64,000 nt of DNA, from the NCBI RefSeq assembly GCF_964355755.1, contig NC_092675.1, positions 24,648,912 to 24,712,911 on the forward strand, read 5' to 3'. The translations under genes were made by a program, and so were the position numbers. Shown here in pieces: positions 37,501 through 50,272 of this stretch (within the stretch, counting starts at the first letter, position 1; the number at the start of each line of letters is the position of its first letter). The DNA is from Antedon mediterranea (lineage: Eukaryota > Animalia > Echinodermata). The notes beneath the pieces were generated by a model. That model did no database searches. It was not told where the DNA came from and saw only the letters and a program-made list of their open reading frames with translations.

Positions 37501-39160
37501 ACAGTACTGTAGACCTGAATATACTGTACAGACCTAATTGATACTTCAGTACTGTTGAAATGAGAAGGCTACTCTACTCAGTAGTTACATAGAAAAATTC
37601 CATTAAATCTATAGGGGCTCATTTACTGTAAAGCTTTCATACAAGCTTGAAATTAATTTCTCTATTCAATGACATTGATTGATATTCTAACACATTGACT
37701 GCATTCTGAAAGATAAATGCATTACTGAAGAAATCTAGCACCCGACCTATTTATAATTCTTACTTTTTTATAATACCGTATACTGTAATTATAAACACCT
37801 ATACAGTAGTACATAGCTGTACAAATGAACAGCGTAATGAAGCAAATAATAAGAGAGGTTCTGTAAGAACATTTTTTGAAAAATTGTACGGACCTCTAGG
37901 TACAGTATTTGGAAATTGCATTAGCAATTTTTATTTTGGACGGTAACAATTGTGGTGATCCACTGGCTCGCGTGTCAAGAAATAAAAATCCCATTTATAA
38001 CACATATGACATCATGACACTGTGTGTTATTTAAAATTTCTCAACTGTACTGTACTCCATAGTCCTTAAAATATGGATCGCAGTCCATAGTTTGCAGAAC
38101 GTCGTACTAGGCCAGACTAGGGCATACATTTGTATTACTCATACAGTACCTTGATTCAACATATTAAAAATACAGAGACGTCTGACGAGACATTAATAAT
38201 TAAAGACTTTGGTCGCAGAAACACTAGAAATATAATTATTTCAAACTTCAAATTTCAAAATTCTGTACAGTATTTATACGCCCTGTAGGGCGATTTTTCA
38301 CTGGCCATCTAGACACTTTATAATTTCGAAGACTGCACTGCTTATTTTAAGGTCAGTAACCATGTATACTGTATAACATTTTTAGTGAATTGTCTTTGAT
38401 GTTTTTTTCCTAAAGTGAAATAAAGATACCGAGATATATAATTAATGTTAATATATATTTTAACTGAAATTTCAGGGCTGAAAACTGTATTTACACTACA
38501 GCGCCATGCCACATTAGAACACATCATAGAGATGGACAATATGTACTTTGTGCATGGTGAAGTGTTTACTTTTAAAATTAGTTCTAGACAACAGAAAGAT
38601 GGGCCACCTTGACACTAACATGACAATATGTGGAAGAAAAAGCAAGGATTAAAAACAGACTTCCTCACACTTTCACAATGTCAAAAATGTAAACATAAAC
38701 TTTTGTGATTTACTCTGATCAAATACACAATCCGACGGCATCAGGTATTCCGATAAGTTTACTAAAGTATTTATTGATAATTAAGGAAGGGTGAACATCA
38801 TAATTTACCTACACACGTTTCCACCGCTTTTCATGACAAAGCTACTAACAATTTTAAACCTAGCGTCGAAAAGTTACGGGACGGTGGTAGTTTAAGTTCC
38901 ACACTGAGCTGACACATTCAACGATGTACGGTCTATGCATCGCTTGTTTTTCTTGCCTGTAGTCCAATACGAGTTTGTCAAGTTTATGCAGTAAATTAGA
39001 TATCATCACAACTTTAAAACTGATCATAAATATATATATTTATACAAATATAATCCAAATATAATAACTTACTTGTTGACGATAAGAGAATTAATCCAAA
39101 AAGTAAATGAAAAGCCATGGAAAGTTGGCCCGAATAGCCAGACACTGGTCTAGACGCCAT
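16508..39160 (-). CDS. BMPR1: BMP receptor type I (ALK3/ALK6, thickveins class) serine/threonine kinase receptor, ~528 aa
   Basis: Ten phase-consistent GT-AG exons: 39073-39160 (signal peptide), 31392-31539, 30175-30344 (Cys-rich ectodomain, CCNDRSYCN), 28134-28245 (TM), 23914-24055 (GS box [11 protein letters not shown]), 23303-23495 (GKGRFGEVW), 20122-20419 (L45 loop ADIKGTGSW = ALK3/6 type; HRDIKSSN), 19247-19422, 18204-18334, 16508-16636 ([11 protein letters not shown]...stop). Total 1587 nt. A second in-frame ATG is at 39118. Confidence 0.95.
16727..16933. mobile_element. Degenerate hAT-like MITE with G-runs
   Basis: Termini CAGGGACGGATCCAG ... GCCCCCGCCTAAATATGCTCCTG resemble common hAT MITE ends; TSD unclear. 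Confidence 0.4.
17545..18030. repeat. T-rich minisatellite, ~80-100 bp period, ~5 units
   Basis: GATGTGGCTTTC anchor recurs at about 17550, 17649, 17749, 17851 and 17929, inside the last BMPR1 intron. Confidence 0.85.
19705..20060. repeat. Minisatellite, ~60-80 bp units
   Basis: Recurrent GATGTCTGTATGGTTAGCCTATT...TTGTTACCCATCACATG (about 6 degenerate copies). Confidence 0.85.
20684..20883 (+). mobile_element. Penelope-like element remnant with inverted arms and hammerhead-like core
   Basis: 30-bp inverted repeat (20684-20713 / 20854-20883). Internal CTGATGA-T-GAGAA-tagt-TTCTC-GAAA-CATGTC at 20827-20858. Confidence 0.6.
20884..21085. mobile_element. ~200 bp MITE with CAGGCCTTTT termini (second copy inverted at 34710-34913)
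   Basis: Homologous to the reverse complement of 34710-34913. Flanked by direct repeat CTATTC. Confidence 0.7.
21219..22806 (+). mobile_element. Helentron/HINE-like non-autonomous element
   Basis: 5' hairpin GGTTATCCGC-ctcaa-GCGGATAACC. 3' subterminal GCGGATAACC followed by palindrome AACTCGTC-ctcaagt-GACGAGTT and a CTAGTT end. Internal ~280-bp duplication (21317 vs 21598). Confidence 0.7.
25629..25760 (+). mobile_element. 5'-truncated SINE, same family as 7404-7700
   Basis: GGGTGTATAAATGGGTACC...CAAGACACAACTTTG...GGGTAATAATGT aligns to the reverse complement of 7404-7580. Confidence 0.65.
32669..32877. mobile_element. Harbinger-like MITE (~210 bp)
   Basis: Imperfect ~40-bp TIRs AAGCCTGTTTTCGTGTCGACGTTATTC.../...GAATAAGGTCGACAGGAAAAGGGCTT in TTA/TAA context. 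Confidence 0.6.
34710..34913. mobile_element. ~200 bp MITE with 15-bp TIR CAGGCCTTTTCTTTT
   Basis: Perfect TIR CAGGCCTTTTCTTTT / AAAAGAAAAGGCCTG, flanked by CTGTA direct repeat. Second copy at 20884-21085. Confidence 0.75.
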
Positions 39161-39230
39161 TATCAACCTTCCGCTCACACACAGCCACAGTGCTGTATGA
39201 TGTGCTGAGCTGGTGCTGCTGACCTTCTGA

Positions 39231-39238
39231 TGACGTCA
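39231..39238. promoter_or_regulatory. Full CRE palindrome upstream of the BMPR1 start codon
   Basis: TGACGTCA lies 70 bp upstream of the ATG at 39160, at the edge of a GC-richer island that gives way to very AT-rich DNA. Confidence 0.45.
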
Positions 39239-40504
39239 TTAAAATGGGTCGGTTTTTTAAATTTTTGACAGGATCGGAATTATTTAATATTTTATTGAAA
39301 TAGCTGTGTAAATTATTACTGAAAATAATAATATCCAAATCCAAGACTGGGTTTCAATATTTATTTATATGTAAAGACGTGATACAGAGCATTATAATAT
39401 TTTTAGAGTTTAATGCCAGTGTTATAAATATTAACATGAAGTGTTTTATAAATTGTATTTATAATAATCAATTAAATTACTATAATGTGTTGTGAATATC
39501 ATTGTGGCAGTATTAAAAAAAAAACTTATTTTATTGACAATTGATTGCGAGCGATTAACGGGATTTTTTTTCTTTCTTTTCTTGTTTCATTAAAAAAAGT
39601 CGAACACAATTTAAAAATTTAAAGGTTAAAAAATGTGTATTCGTTGTAATTTGTTATTGTTTTAAAATGTTGATGTTTGTAGAGATATTCACTATTATCT
39701 CTATGGTTAAAGATGTGTATTTTTATGATTCTAAATCTGGATTTTAAAAAAAAACACGTTGTTTTTTTAATTTTTTTTTTTATTTATTTATTTCGGTATA
39801 TAAAACATTACAAAAAGCAGAACAAGTCTGAAATTATTGTAGCACATTATATAAAAAATTTACATTACAGATAAAAAATACAAAACAATTTACAATATGC
39901 ATAAGAAAAATAAATATACTGTACATTAATCATTAAAATTTATCTAGTATTTTAAAAATATTTATCAAGGTTTTAATTTATTTTAAGCAATATATACAAT
40001 AGTATTAGTTTAAATGAATTTATTTATTTTCTTATAAATCCACAATGTAATTGGAACTTTTAATATCATTAGATTGAGAAAGAATGATTATATATAATAT
40101 ACTTCAAAAGACAGTACTGTATACTAAATGTTTTGAATAGTTTTTATTATATATTAATCACAGCCACTTTTAATCATTATAGAGGGCGACAAACATCATA
40201 TGGAGATCTTCATGAAAAATATTATCCCAAATACATATCAGATATAACATACCTCCACCAAGGGCTGACCTCCAAAATTAAAAATGATTGAACTGAATTG
40301 TGTCTAATGTGTCATACTGTATATACTAATAATGCGTAAGCATAGTTGAAATCACGAGCCCACTTATTACTGTATTCTAATTTAACGTTATGAAAATGAA
40401 ACAAATTCAGATGACAATTTCGGAAGATAATTGTCTGAGCAAGAACATAATTATTACAATTTAGTAGAAAATTGGAGATGCGCCTCTTTTATGTCGTATT
40501 AAAA

Positions 40505-40600
40505 GGAGATCTAAGATATGCAGATGACATTGCACGTTTTTCAGAATCAGGAATTGAATTGTAACGAATTCTGGACTGTGTGAAGAATAATCTGGAGATT
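40505..40600 (+). mobile_element. Decayed non-LTR reverse transcriptase fragment
   Basis: GAT CTA AGA TAT GCA GAT GAC ATT GCA = DLRYADDIA (YADD catalytic motif, RTE-like). Flanking frame is interrupted. Confidence 0.5.
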
Positions 40601-43588
40601 ATCTTACCAACAAAATAGAAGGTTGGCCGTTTATACTAGGCCTATTTGTAGGTTACATTCACTAAAAAAAGAATCAACTACTGAATAAAGGTGTATGGCG
40701 GCATCGGAACATTTGGTAAATTACAAAACACATACAGAGACAAAAGTGCCACAGCAAAACAACAAATGTATTAGTATTATTATTAATAACACTTTATTTT
40801 TTACCAAAATTGTTCATGTTGAAAACACCGTTGACTTTCAAGGAAACCTAATGCCTCTGAGACGCATTACTACTAAGTATAAGTCTACTACAAAACATTA
40901 TCATAATATCAGAAATATAGAGGTCATACGACAAATCAGCCATTATATCTTGAGAACCAATTTTCATGTAAAAAGTGAGACAATCGTTTGGAAGATCTTG
41001 AACAAGTGAAGGCCTCCTGCTGCTCGATGGAAGGATTCAATGTTATTTATTAAATAGGGAGTTCATACTAAAGACGATCATTTAAATTGCATCTGAAAAC
41101 TATCTCATAATTGGCACCATTATTATATCGATCCTGTATAATGGGTGAGGAATGGAAATAATTTTCTAGCTAATAGCAACTACACTGTGTTGATAAGTAT
41201 TTAGAATGAATCCTGTATCTTTAAGACCGTTGCGTCACAACTAAATGTAGCTTCTTGGAAATACAGAGAACCATATACACAACGAACACACTCTTATAAC
41301 AAATAAAAAATCAGAGGTTAGCCTATGAGAAAATAACCTATAGGCCTAAAACAATTGAAAAAGAAGAAAAATGCAATTTCGAATGATATATTGACGTTGA
41401 ACGGAAAAGTGGAGTTGCAACAGATCAATCATCGATGCACACTCGATGACCACTTGGGATATGATATATTACGATTATAAAATTCGATAGGTAAAGATGG
41501 AATATAATATTATTCCAATGTGCAAAAACAGTTAGGCCTATTACTACTGTAGAAGTTGCATGCTACAGGTTCACAACTCTAGTGCGGTATTGCGATCGTC
41601 GGGGTATGATGTAGGCCTACTCCAAATATTATTTCGTTATACATGGTTATAAAAAATGGTATAAAAAAGTACTATTGGTGCCACTCTCTGCTTGGTGAAT
41701 CACATTGTTCACTGTTGGGGCGGCCTATGGATCGGGGTATGATGTAGGCCTATACTCTTAACAGGCCAGTTGTATGAATTGTTCACAACCACCAAATATT
41801 CGTTGTTTTGCTATACGGGAGTGATACCCGAATTACGGGAAGGCCGCTTGGTAATTACTTATACAATCGTGTAAAAAAGTATGAATTTCTGTGTAAATTG
41901 TTCTTTGTGTGACATGATTTGTAGTAATAGTCTATGATGAAGTGAAGGTCAAAATTCTACACGAAAATATAAAGGACAAACCGTGAAAAGGGAGACAAAC
42001 CATTAGGCCTAGTGTTCATCTTCAGTTAGAAATATTGAATACTTGTTTTGGATTTGTTTTTTTTTTTATCAAACTTAGAGGTTTATTTCACTAATGACAA
42101 TTTAAAGTACTGAACTGAGTGTACATCATGACGGACACGTCGATATACAGGTAGAGTTAATGACACGTGATGCGTAATTAACCAATCAAATTGCAAGAAT
42201 ACAATAAGTTTGTGTTATAAAGCGCGTCTACTATAAAATGTTTGAATTATTAATAAACTTATTTTAAAATGAAAATGAGTAATTTTATAGCCTACTTCTT
42301 AATTCATCTGAGTATTTTTTATTTATTTACCAGTCGACCTGCTTCAAATTACAGTCCCGACGCGGTATAAAATAATAATACTGTAAATTATAATCTTTTA
42401 CAATGATAATATGTTTAATGATGAAGGAGGCATACTGTATATAAGCCACCAAGAGAAATAATTAGGGATAAACTTTTAGGAACAATACTTTTATTTATCA
42501 ATTCCATATCTAGTTTTCGATATCCTCTGGGTTTCTGGGTGTGAGTTCCATCAGCCAGTAACAGAGTGTTCGTAAGCTCAATAGAAACAAATAAATCATT
42601 CGAAGACAGGTACTGCACGTCAGTACCAGTGGGTACCTATGACGTAAGCCAAATATTTCCTTCCGTTTATTTTATAGCAAGTGCACTACCAGGAACAGTT
42701 ATGTTAATGAAGATCCGCCTGAAATGCTTAAAAAACCTGACAACGCAGTACATTAACAACATATTGTACTTGACACTCTCTAGCATAGGTACCGGACCGA
42801 TTTCTCCTGAGCTTAATATAAGGTAAGTGTGCATTATAATTAATCATAATAATTTCAAGCTAGAATTCTCTATTATCTATTGTTGCAGAGAAGAGATTAG
42901 GCCAATGCAACAGCTCATTAATTCCATTTATCAATTACTTGGAATACAAGTTCCATGGTATCTCGCATTCACTTCATTCTCATTGCTAAATTGATAGGAA
43001 TAAACAGAAAAGTGTATTTCACTCTTCCACAAGTAACAGAATAATCAGAAACGTTATGTAGCATTTCTTTATATATAAAACAAACTCCGTAAGAGACAAA
43101 AAGCCATTAGGCCCGGTTTATCTTCAGTTCAAAATATTGAATAGGCCTACTTTCTTTGGATTTGTTTTTATACCACCATTAGTGCTTTATTTAAATAAAG
43201 AGAATTTATAGGACTGATGTTTTCAATCATAAATACAAGATGAGTCTACTCGAATTGTGATGGGCATTTAACATAGGCGTACTATAACCTATTCAATTCA
43301 ATTTATTATATTTCGAAAATATTTCATCCATCTAAAAAAAAACTCTAATAACTTAAAAGAAGAAAAGAAAAAGAAAAGCAAATTCGCACATCATTTAGAA
43401 AAACTCCAAGAACTTAAATATAGAATACTTCTCTAACTACAATAACATTTTTGAGTAAATGAGCATATTTGCGAACACAGGCAACACGAGTGAATATTAT
43501 TATTCAACAAACGTTGCAACAAACTATAAAAAGATTTTCGCTTATATATTTATATACTCAGTATTTTATTTTCTCTACAGAATATAGA

Positions 43589-44143
43589 ATGTATACATTT
43601 GCAGCAGCATTTGCAGCAGTCATAATTCTGACAGTTGGTAACCCTATAGATGATGCTGAGGGATCAGGAACTGGATTCACCCGTCAAAGATCGGCATTTA
43701 CGGCCAAATTAACCAAATCACTCGATGCTTCATACTACCGAAATAGACGAATCATATTTAATTCAGTGTTGAATAACGTCGGTGATGACTATAACCCTCA
43801 AGATGGCCGATTCACAACTAGCGTCGCGGGAACGTACGTATTTACCGTGACTCTCATGAGTAAATATTCGTCAGGAAGTTCGGCATTTGGTTGCCTGCAT
43901 AAGAATGACAACGAGCAAGTCTGCGTTTGGTCCAACGGAAACAGTGCGAACGAGATGTCAAGCAACACTATAACTCTGAACCTAGAGGAAGGTGATGTTG
44001 TTGATGTTGTTCTGAAGGCTGGTAGTAATTATGGCATTCACAATTATGGTGAAGCTGGTTATTGTACGTTCACTGGTTTCTTGCTGTACCCAAAGGAAGA
44101 TGTATTGGAACGTTTAATAAACCAGATTCATGTGCTGGTTTGA
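43589..44143 (+). CDS. Secreted C1q-domain-containing protein (C1qDC), copy 1, 184 aa
   Basis: Signal peptide MYTFAAAFAAVIILTVG. gC1q motifs SAFTA, IIFNSVLNNVGDDYNPQDGRFT, GTYVFT, LNLEEGDVV, TFTGFLLY. Single coding exon after acceptor 43580; probable 5' UTR exon with donor at 42822. Confidence 0.9.
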   Translation: MYTFAAAFAAVIILTVGNPIDDAEGSGTGFTRQRSAFTAKLTKSLDASYYRNRRIIFNSVLNNVGDDYNPQDGRFTTSVAGTYVFTVTLMSKYSSGSSAFGCLHKNDNEQVCVWSNGNSANEMSSNTITLNLEEGDVVDVVLKAGSNYGIHNYGEAGYCTFTGFLLYPKEDVLERLINQIHVLV

Positions 44144-45340
44144 GCTAACGTTCTATAGACTTTTCCATATACATATATAAGAACACTTTTTTTACTCATG
44201 CGAATAATTACTAAAGCAGTTTGATAATTGATTAACAAAAATACAAGACCGTAATACATTGATTATTTAAAATAAAATGTTGCTATGTTTCAAATTTGAT
44301 AATAATTTATTTTGCTTAAATAACCATTGAAGAAATATATGTTTATTATTTTATAAAGTCTATAGGCACATGCCGTGAAGTTTAAATAAATAAAAATTCG
44401 AACCCGTGATTATGGTGTATGTATCCTACTCCTTTCTTCTTTGAAAGCAGGAAATTAGTAATCTCGTACCATCAGCGGGTACATTCCCTGCCGAAGGGTC
44501 GCGACCAATTTATTCTTGTTATGCATATATACATTACAATAAAAGTTAACCTAAATAAAAACACATTAAAACAAACAAATCGAGAAAAATTCCATAGTTC
44601 AAACCCTAGAAATCAAATTGACTTATTTAAATCGTAACTATGGGACGTTATTTGATAATAAACACAATACATTTTCCTCCAGTTTTTCCACCATAGAGCA
44701 ACAGTATCTTTATATTAAAATTTCGCTCAGATGTACTACTATACGTCAGTACACGTGGCTACACGCCCACCAGACTGGATGAAGTGAGAAAATCTATCAA
44801 CCTGACGTACTTTCCTGAAAATGACGTCCATATAAAATCTCAGTACCGGCATTTTCAGAAAGTTCGAAATTGAACTACCTACCGTACCGTAACAAATTTA
44901 AACAAAGTAATGAACATGGCTTAAAGCATCAATAAATGAATAAGTTTTGAATCAACGGAGACAAATTACGATGTCCTCCTTGCCGACATCTACATTGCGC
45001 ATGTTAGCTTTAAGCTGAGATTCTTCTAAAAACAGCAGCCTGGCCGTAAAACATAATGATTGGACTGTACATCTAATCTATCTATTATACAATTAATTCA
45101 TGTTTATGAGTGCAGTGGGAAAATAATTTCATGAGGTGAAAAATAAAAGGTTATAATCTACTTTATCAATCAATCAATTTCTTTTATTTCAAACGTACAA
45201 ACAGAAAAATTCGCAAACTCTAAGCTTAAATATATAGGATATAATATACACTTCCATCTACAATACATTTTGAGTTACACTTTACTGTGAATTATGTCAA
45301 CAACCAAAAACATTCATAGGCACCATAGGTGTGTTATAAC

Positions 45341-46124
45341 TAAACAAGGCCAACAGCCATTAAGTCGCGTGCTACAATGCATAGTGATACCGGACCGACA
45401 GACAGACCGACAGACAGACCGACAGACAGACCGACCGACCGACATAGTGAACTATACTGACCGAAATTACTGAACATGTTTAAAAATGTTGAAATGTTTA
45501 AAAACATTTATATTTTTTTAATTTACACGTGCGTAGCCTGTCACTTTTGACGTGCTCGTATAACGTAATTTCGAGTTGAAAAGTAAGTCAAGAAAACAGA
45601 AATCGGGCAAAAAGAGTGCGCAATAACATTTAACGTGCATTGCGCGCGCAAAAACCTGCGCACTCATGGCAATTTTGTAAACGCTTAAAATTGCCTGAAA
45701 CGTACTCTCATTTCATCGAAAATAAATTTTGAAAGTTTTAAGCGCGCGTACGCATGCGTTACATGTGCTACGCACGTAATTGTATTGCCATATGATGATT
45801 CATGCCCTGAAATTTATGAGTACCAAATATTATTTAATTGTGATTCATGGTTGTGAAGATATGATTACAAACGTGATTTCGTTAAATCGTGCGTAGACCG
45901 CGTAATTTTTTATTGCGCACCGTGAAAACATAACCACATCGAATATTCTGTGAAAAATTGACTTAGCTAGATTAAACTGATATCAAGGTAAGGTCAGAAA
46001 GCAATAAAACGCATAGTGATACCGGACCGACAGACAGACAGACAGACCGACAGACAGACAGACAGACAGAAAGACCAACCGACCGACATAGTGAACTATA
46101 GAGTCGCGTTCACGCGACTAAAAA
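45341..46124 (-). mobile_element. DINE-1-like HINE (Helentron-associated element) with (GACA/GACC)n microsatellite
   Basis: Terminal hairpin AGTCGCGT-tc-ACGCGACT next to an A-run, subterminal GTCGCGTG at the other end, and a duplicated microsatellite module (45378-45455, 46011-46100). Absent from duplication unit 2. Confidence 0.7.
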
Positions 46125-46800
46125 TGAAAAGTGATGCGTAACCAATCAAATTGCAAAAATACATCAGTCTGGTGTGTTCTAAAGCGCGCCAGATACAGGT
46201 ACGTACTGGTGGTGTAATGTGCATGCACTGCTTAACCTGCTGCGTACATAATTACGCGTACTGTTCTCACATATGAATATTCCAAGAACGTATCATCCGG
46301 GATATCGTTATTTCGGGGTGTTTTTTTTTACAGTTTATTGCATTATTAGGCCTATTTGCTTGTCTTCGATTTTTCAACTAGGCCTAGGCTTAGGCCTTTC
46401 TATACTTTTTACACAGGTCACCGTTAGAAGAATTGTGTATGTTTAAGCCCCAATAAATAGGCTCCAATAAATAAATCAGTAGTGTTTATCTTTAAATTAA
46501 TTAACACCTACTCTAGCTAGGCTAGATCAAGGCCTAGCATAGACTAGGCCTAGCCTAGACCTAGTAGGTTAGGTCTATCGTTCTAAAATACAAACAAAAA
46601 CATTAATTAATTTAAAAGTAAAACTATTCGCTCTGTTATATTTTTAAAATGTAAGGGAATGTTGTAAATAAAGTAAACCTAGGCCTGGCCCTACTTGACA
46701 AAATGTTCATGAGAATGAAAAGAGTTGAGAATTCACGAATGTCACCGTATTTGTAGCCTACTGCATGTTCCTTTATTCAATTTAGACTTCACCACCCAAA

Positions 46801-49445
46801 ATGAGTTCTTCAGAAGAAAGTCAGTATTCAGACAATGACGATCCTGTGATTGATGACGAAGTCTACGAGCAGACATGCATTCGTCCGGATTTGAAGTTTC
46901 ATAAATTTGTTGTGAAAGTGACTGAATCTGGAATCTTCAATGCGTTTATCATGGTGACCATCCTTTTAAACGCCTTAGTCATGGCAGTTGAAACGGATTC
47001 AGTACTGAAGATAAAATATCGTACAGTTTTTATAGTGAGAGACGAAATATTTTTAGAAATTTACACGTACACACTTGAATTTATTTTGAAGATTTACGCA
47101 GAACCAATTCGATATTTCTACAGTAGTTATAATCTATTTGATTTGTTTGTTCTTGTCATTTCTTATATGCAGGTAAACAGTATTTAAAATTACTAGGCTC
47201 AATGCAATCAATTAATAATAATATAGGCTTACTGAAGCGTGGTTCCCACTAGAACGCAACGAAACGTAACGCAGCGACGTATCGACGCAAGATGCTGTAT
47301 TGCGTAATCACAAGTGGGAACCGACGACGGAACAGTGCTGTAAAGTTGCAGGTTTGATTTCACGCAGGCGGGGGCAAACACAATTATCGGAAGGGCATTT
47401 TCTTACGTTGCGTCGCTAGTGGGAACCACGCTTAAAGCGTGGTTCCCACTAGCGACGCAACACAAGGACGTAACGCAACGCAAGTGAATTGACCAATCAC
47501 AAGCGATGGCTTATTCGCTATTGCTAACTGTCTATATAATAACTTCACTTGTCATTGGTTAAAACGCTTGCGTTGCGTTTACGTCCTTGCGTTACGTTCT
47601 AGTGGGAACCAAGCTTAAAGAGTGGTTTCCACTAGAACGCAACGTAGCGACGTATCGACGCTAAGTGCTGTATTGCGTAATCACAAGTGGGAACCGACGA
47701 CGCAACAGTGTTGCAAACATCGCAGGTTTGATTTCACGCAGGCGTGGAAAACACAATTATTGGAAGGGCATTTTCTTAAGTTGCGTAGGAATTGCGTTAC
47801 GCTGCGTCGCCAGTGGAAACCAAGCTTTACAAACAAACAACAGAAACAAGAAAGGAATCATAAATGAGATTCATTCTCTACCATTCTATAGATCGAAAAG
47901 AACACTTGTCTAGTTCTAAACTGAGATATTAAATAATGACTAGCACCGCATTAATTAATCAATTAATGTGTTTTAATTGTTTGTTATGCAGGTGATACTT
48001 GTGAACGTCATGTCTGGTAGTACCAACCTGAGTGCGTTGCGAATCTTACGCGCTCTTCGTACATTGCGTACACTAAGGACAGTTTCGTTTGTGAAAGGTC
48101 TACAGGTATTTTTGTGTTTAATGAAACATTACAATACAAGCATAACGATTTAAAAGAAAATTTGGGCATATACGGTAGTGATTATGTGCAGTGACGTGGC
48201 CGACGATTCTCACTACAACAAATTGTCTATCAATCAATGCTTTGTATTGTTTGAGTAAAACATACTGAAAATAATAGACAATAAGTCAAGTTATAATTAA
48301 CTACATAATTAAAACAAAATAAAAACTTGTTTTACATGTTGAATCAATAATCACACTAATTAATTTAATATATTATCATTAGGTGCTTGTGACTGCTTTA
48401 TTGGACACAATTCGGAATTCTGTGCTAAACGTTGTCCTCCTGCTCTTTCTACTTATGTTTCTCTTTAGTATAATGGGATACTATTTCTTTGGATACAAAG
48501 AACTTCAGAGTGACAAGGAGAACTGGGGACATCTTGGATCAGCAATGCTTACATTGTTTAGCCACGTCACGGTCAGTGTTCTTCGTTATCACATAGCATA
48601 TCAGCTTTAACGTCACCATCATGTTATTTCATGTAGGCCTAATAATAATATAAATCACTATCATCAATTGCCAACCATCTGCTTTATCATTATAGACTTT
48701 GCTCCCATCTTCATCGAATCCGTTATTATTTTTAATCAGCAAAATACAATAGGCCCAGATATCTTTTCTTGTGACCAACTTATGTTAAAGTTTAACCGGT
48801 TTATTTATACTACTCAGGCCGACGGCTGGACAGACTTTCAAGGAAGACTGGATGCGCTTGGCATGGCTGGCAGTAGGTTCTATACCATCCTCTTCATATT
48901 CCTTGGCCATTTCGTTTTCACGAATGTTTTTATTGCCTTAATTATCATGAATATTCATGAAGCTACCGAGACGTATCGAGATGAACAGATCAAAGAAAGA
49001 CAACAGGTGTAAGTCAATTACTGTTAAGTACATTTCAAAAAAGTTTTGTATCAAATAGCAGTAAATGCGCGCGTCGAAATAATTATAAACACCCGTTTAC
49101 GTAAAAAGCATTTAGACCTGTTTTTCTATTTCTACCGGTAGATCATTCAAAAAAAAGAAAGAATATATGATTCACAGACAACATAATGAAGTACGTCTGA
49201 TGTTGGAGAAGCAGGTAAATGTTATATGTATTCATTTTTGGTCCTCAAGCTTAACTGGAAACTGAATTAACTTTTTTTTTTTCGAGTGTAAAACATTATT
49301 ACAAAACAACACTTCTAATGTTAAACTATCTATCTTATATAGCCAATCACGATGACTTTTTGGTATCGGTTGATTTGGCAACCAACCTGACGTGGTTAGA
49401 GACATATATTACCACACTTGATCACCAAGATAATTCAATGTATTG
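46801..49445 (+). pseudogene. CATSPER3: CatSper3 duplicate, truncated/defective copy
   Basis: Exons 46801-47172, 47992-48105, 48383-48571, 48818-49006, 49142-49213. A 270-bp deletion (junction 49350/49351) removes the acceptor and 5' part of exon 6. The last exon lies outside the duplicated unit. S2 changes: T>R, A>E, YT duplication. Pore changes: FSYVT>FSHVT, TVDGW>TADGW. Confidence 0.82.
47235..47826. mobile_element. Cluster of three head-to-tail Harbinger-like MITEs in CatSper3 intron
   Basis: Repeated AAGCGTGGTTCCCACTAG ... CTAGTGGGAACCA(C/A)GCTT termini separated by TAA/TTA. Confidence 0.75.
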
Positions 49446-50272
49446 GTAAGTACTACTGAACTAAATGCAAGCCTCTCCATCACACAAACAACTATTGGGG
49501 ATAGAATCATGTTGTACGTAATAAACATGGCATGTAAAATGAACGATCGGGAAATAACATTCCACACCTACATCCTTCCTTTACTATTTGGCTTCATAGA
49601 AATGATGAAAATGATCCCTTGTACTGTTCTATTATTCAGGAAATAATGAATCGAGGCACTCCTTATATACATGAACCCTCGAACTACTAGATATAAAAAT
49701 GTTCTACCATAATTTTTGATAAATCTGTTAATAAATGAACTTAAATTGAGGTATGTGGTCTCTTCAACCAGCACAGGGAAACAAACATAAATTGTATTTT
49801 ATAAAAATGTAAACAAATTCTATTTATGAAAACTAACTTTGTAATTAAATTAACATCACTAGCGTTTGTTATAGTATTATAATGTGTTATATTAATAAAG
49901 TGTTATATTTGCTGATTTTAAGCACTTCAAATGAATTTATCAGAATTACGTGTATTTAATATTAATTTTTTTTTTGATATAAAGAAAATGTAATTATCTA
50001 TGAAATAAGATCATTTTCAAATTATTATGGCTAAAAATTAATTAGATACAGGGAAAAAAGTGTATTTTTACTTGGGTGAACAGCGCCCTCAATCTTCATT
50101 TTTTCCCTTAAAATACTAAAAAAGTGCACTACCAGGAACAGTTATGTTAATGAAGATCCGCTTGAAATGCTTATAAACCTGACAACGCAGTACATTAACA
50201 ATTCATATTGTACTTGACACTCTCTAGCATAGGTACCGGACCGAAATCTACTGAGCCTAAGGTAAGTGTGTA

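Noticed and set aside
42566-42826. 86-aa ORF overlapping the C1q 5' exon
   Set aside because: Splicing to the coding exon hits a stop (AGA ATA TAG) and the unit-2 copy is frameshifted; treated as 5' UTR.
43469-43588. N-terminal extension of the C1q copy 1 ORF in the ORF track
   Set aside because: It lies upstream of the splice acceptor at 43580 in intronic/LINE-derived DNA; the signal peptide begins at ATG 43589.
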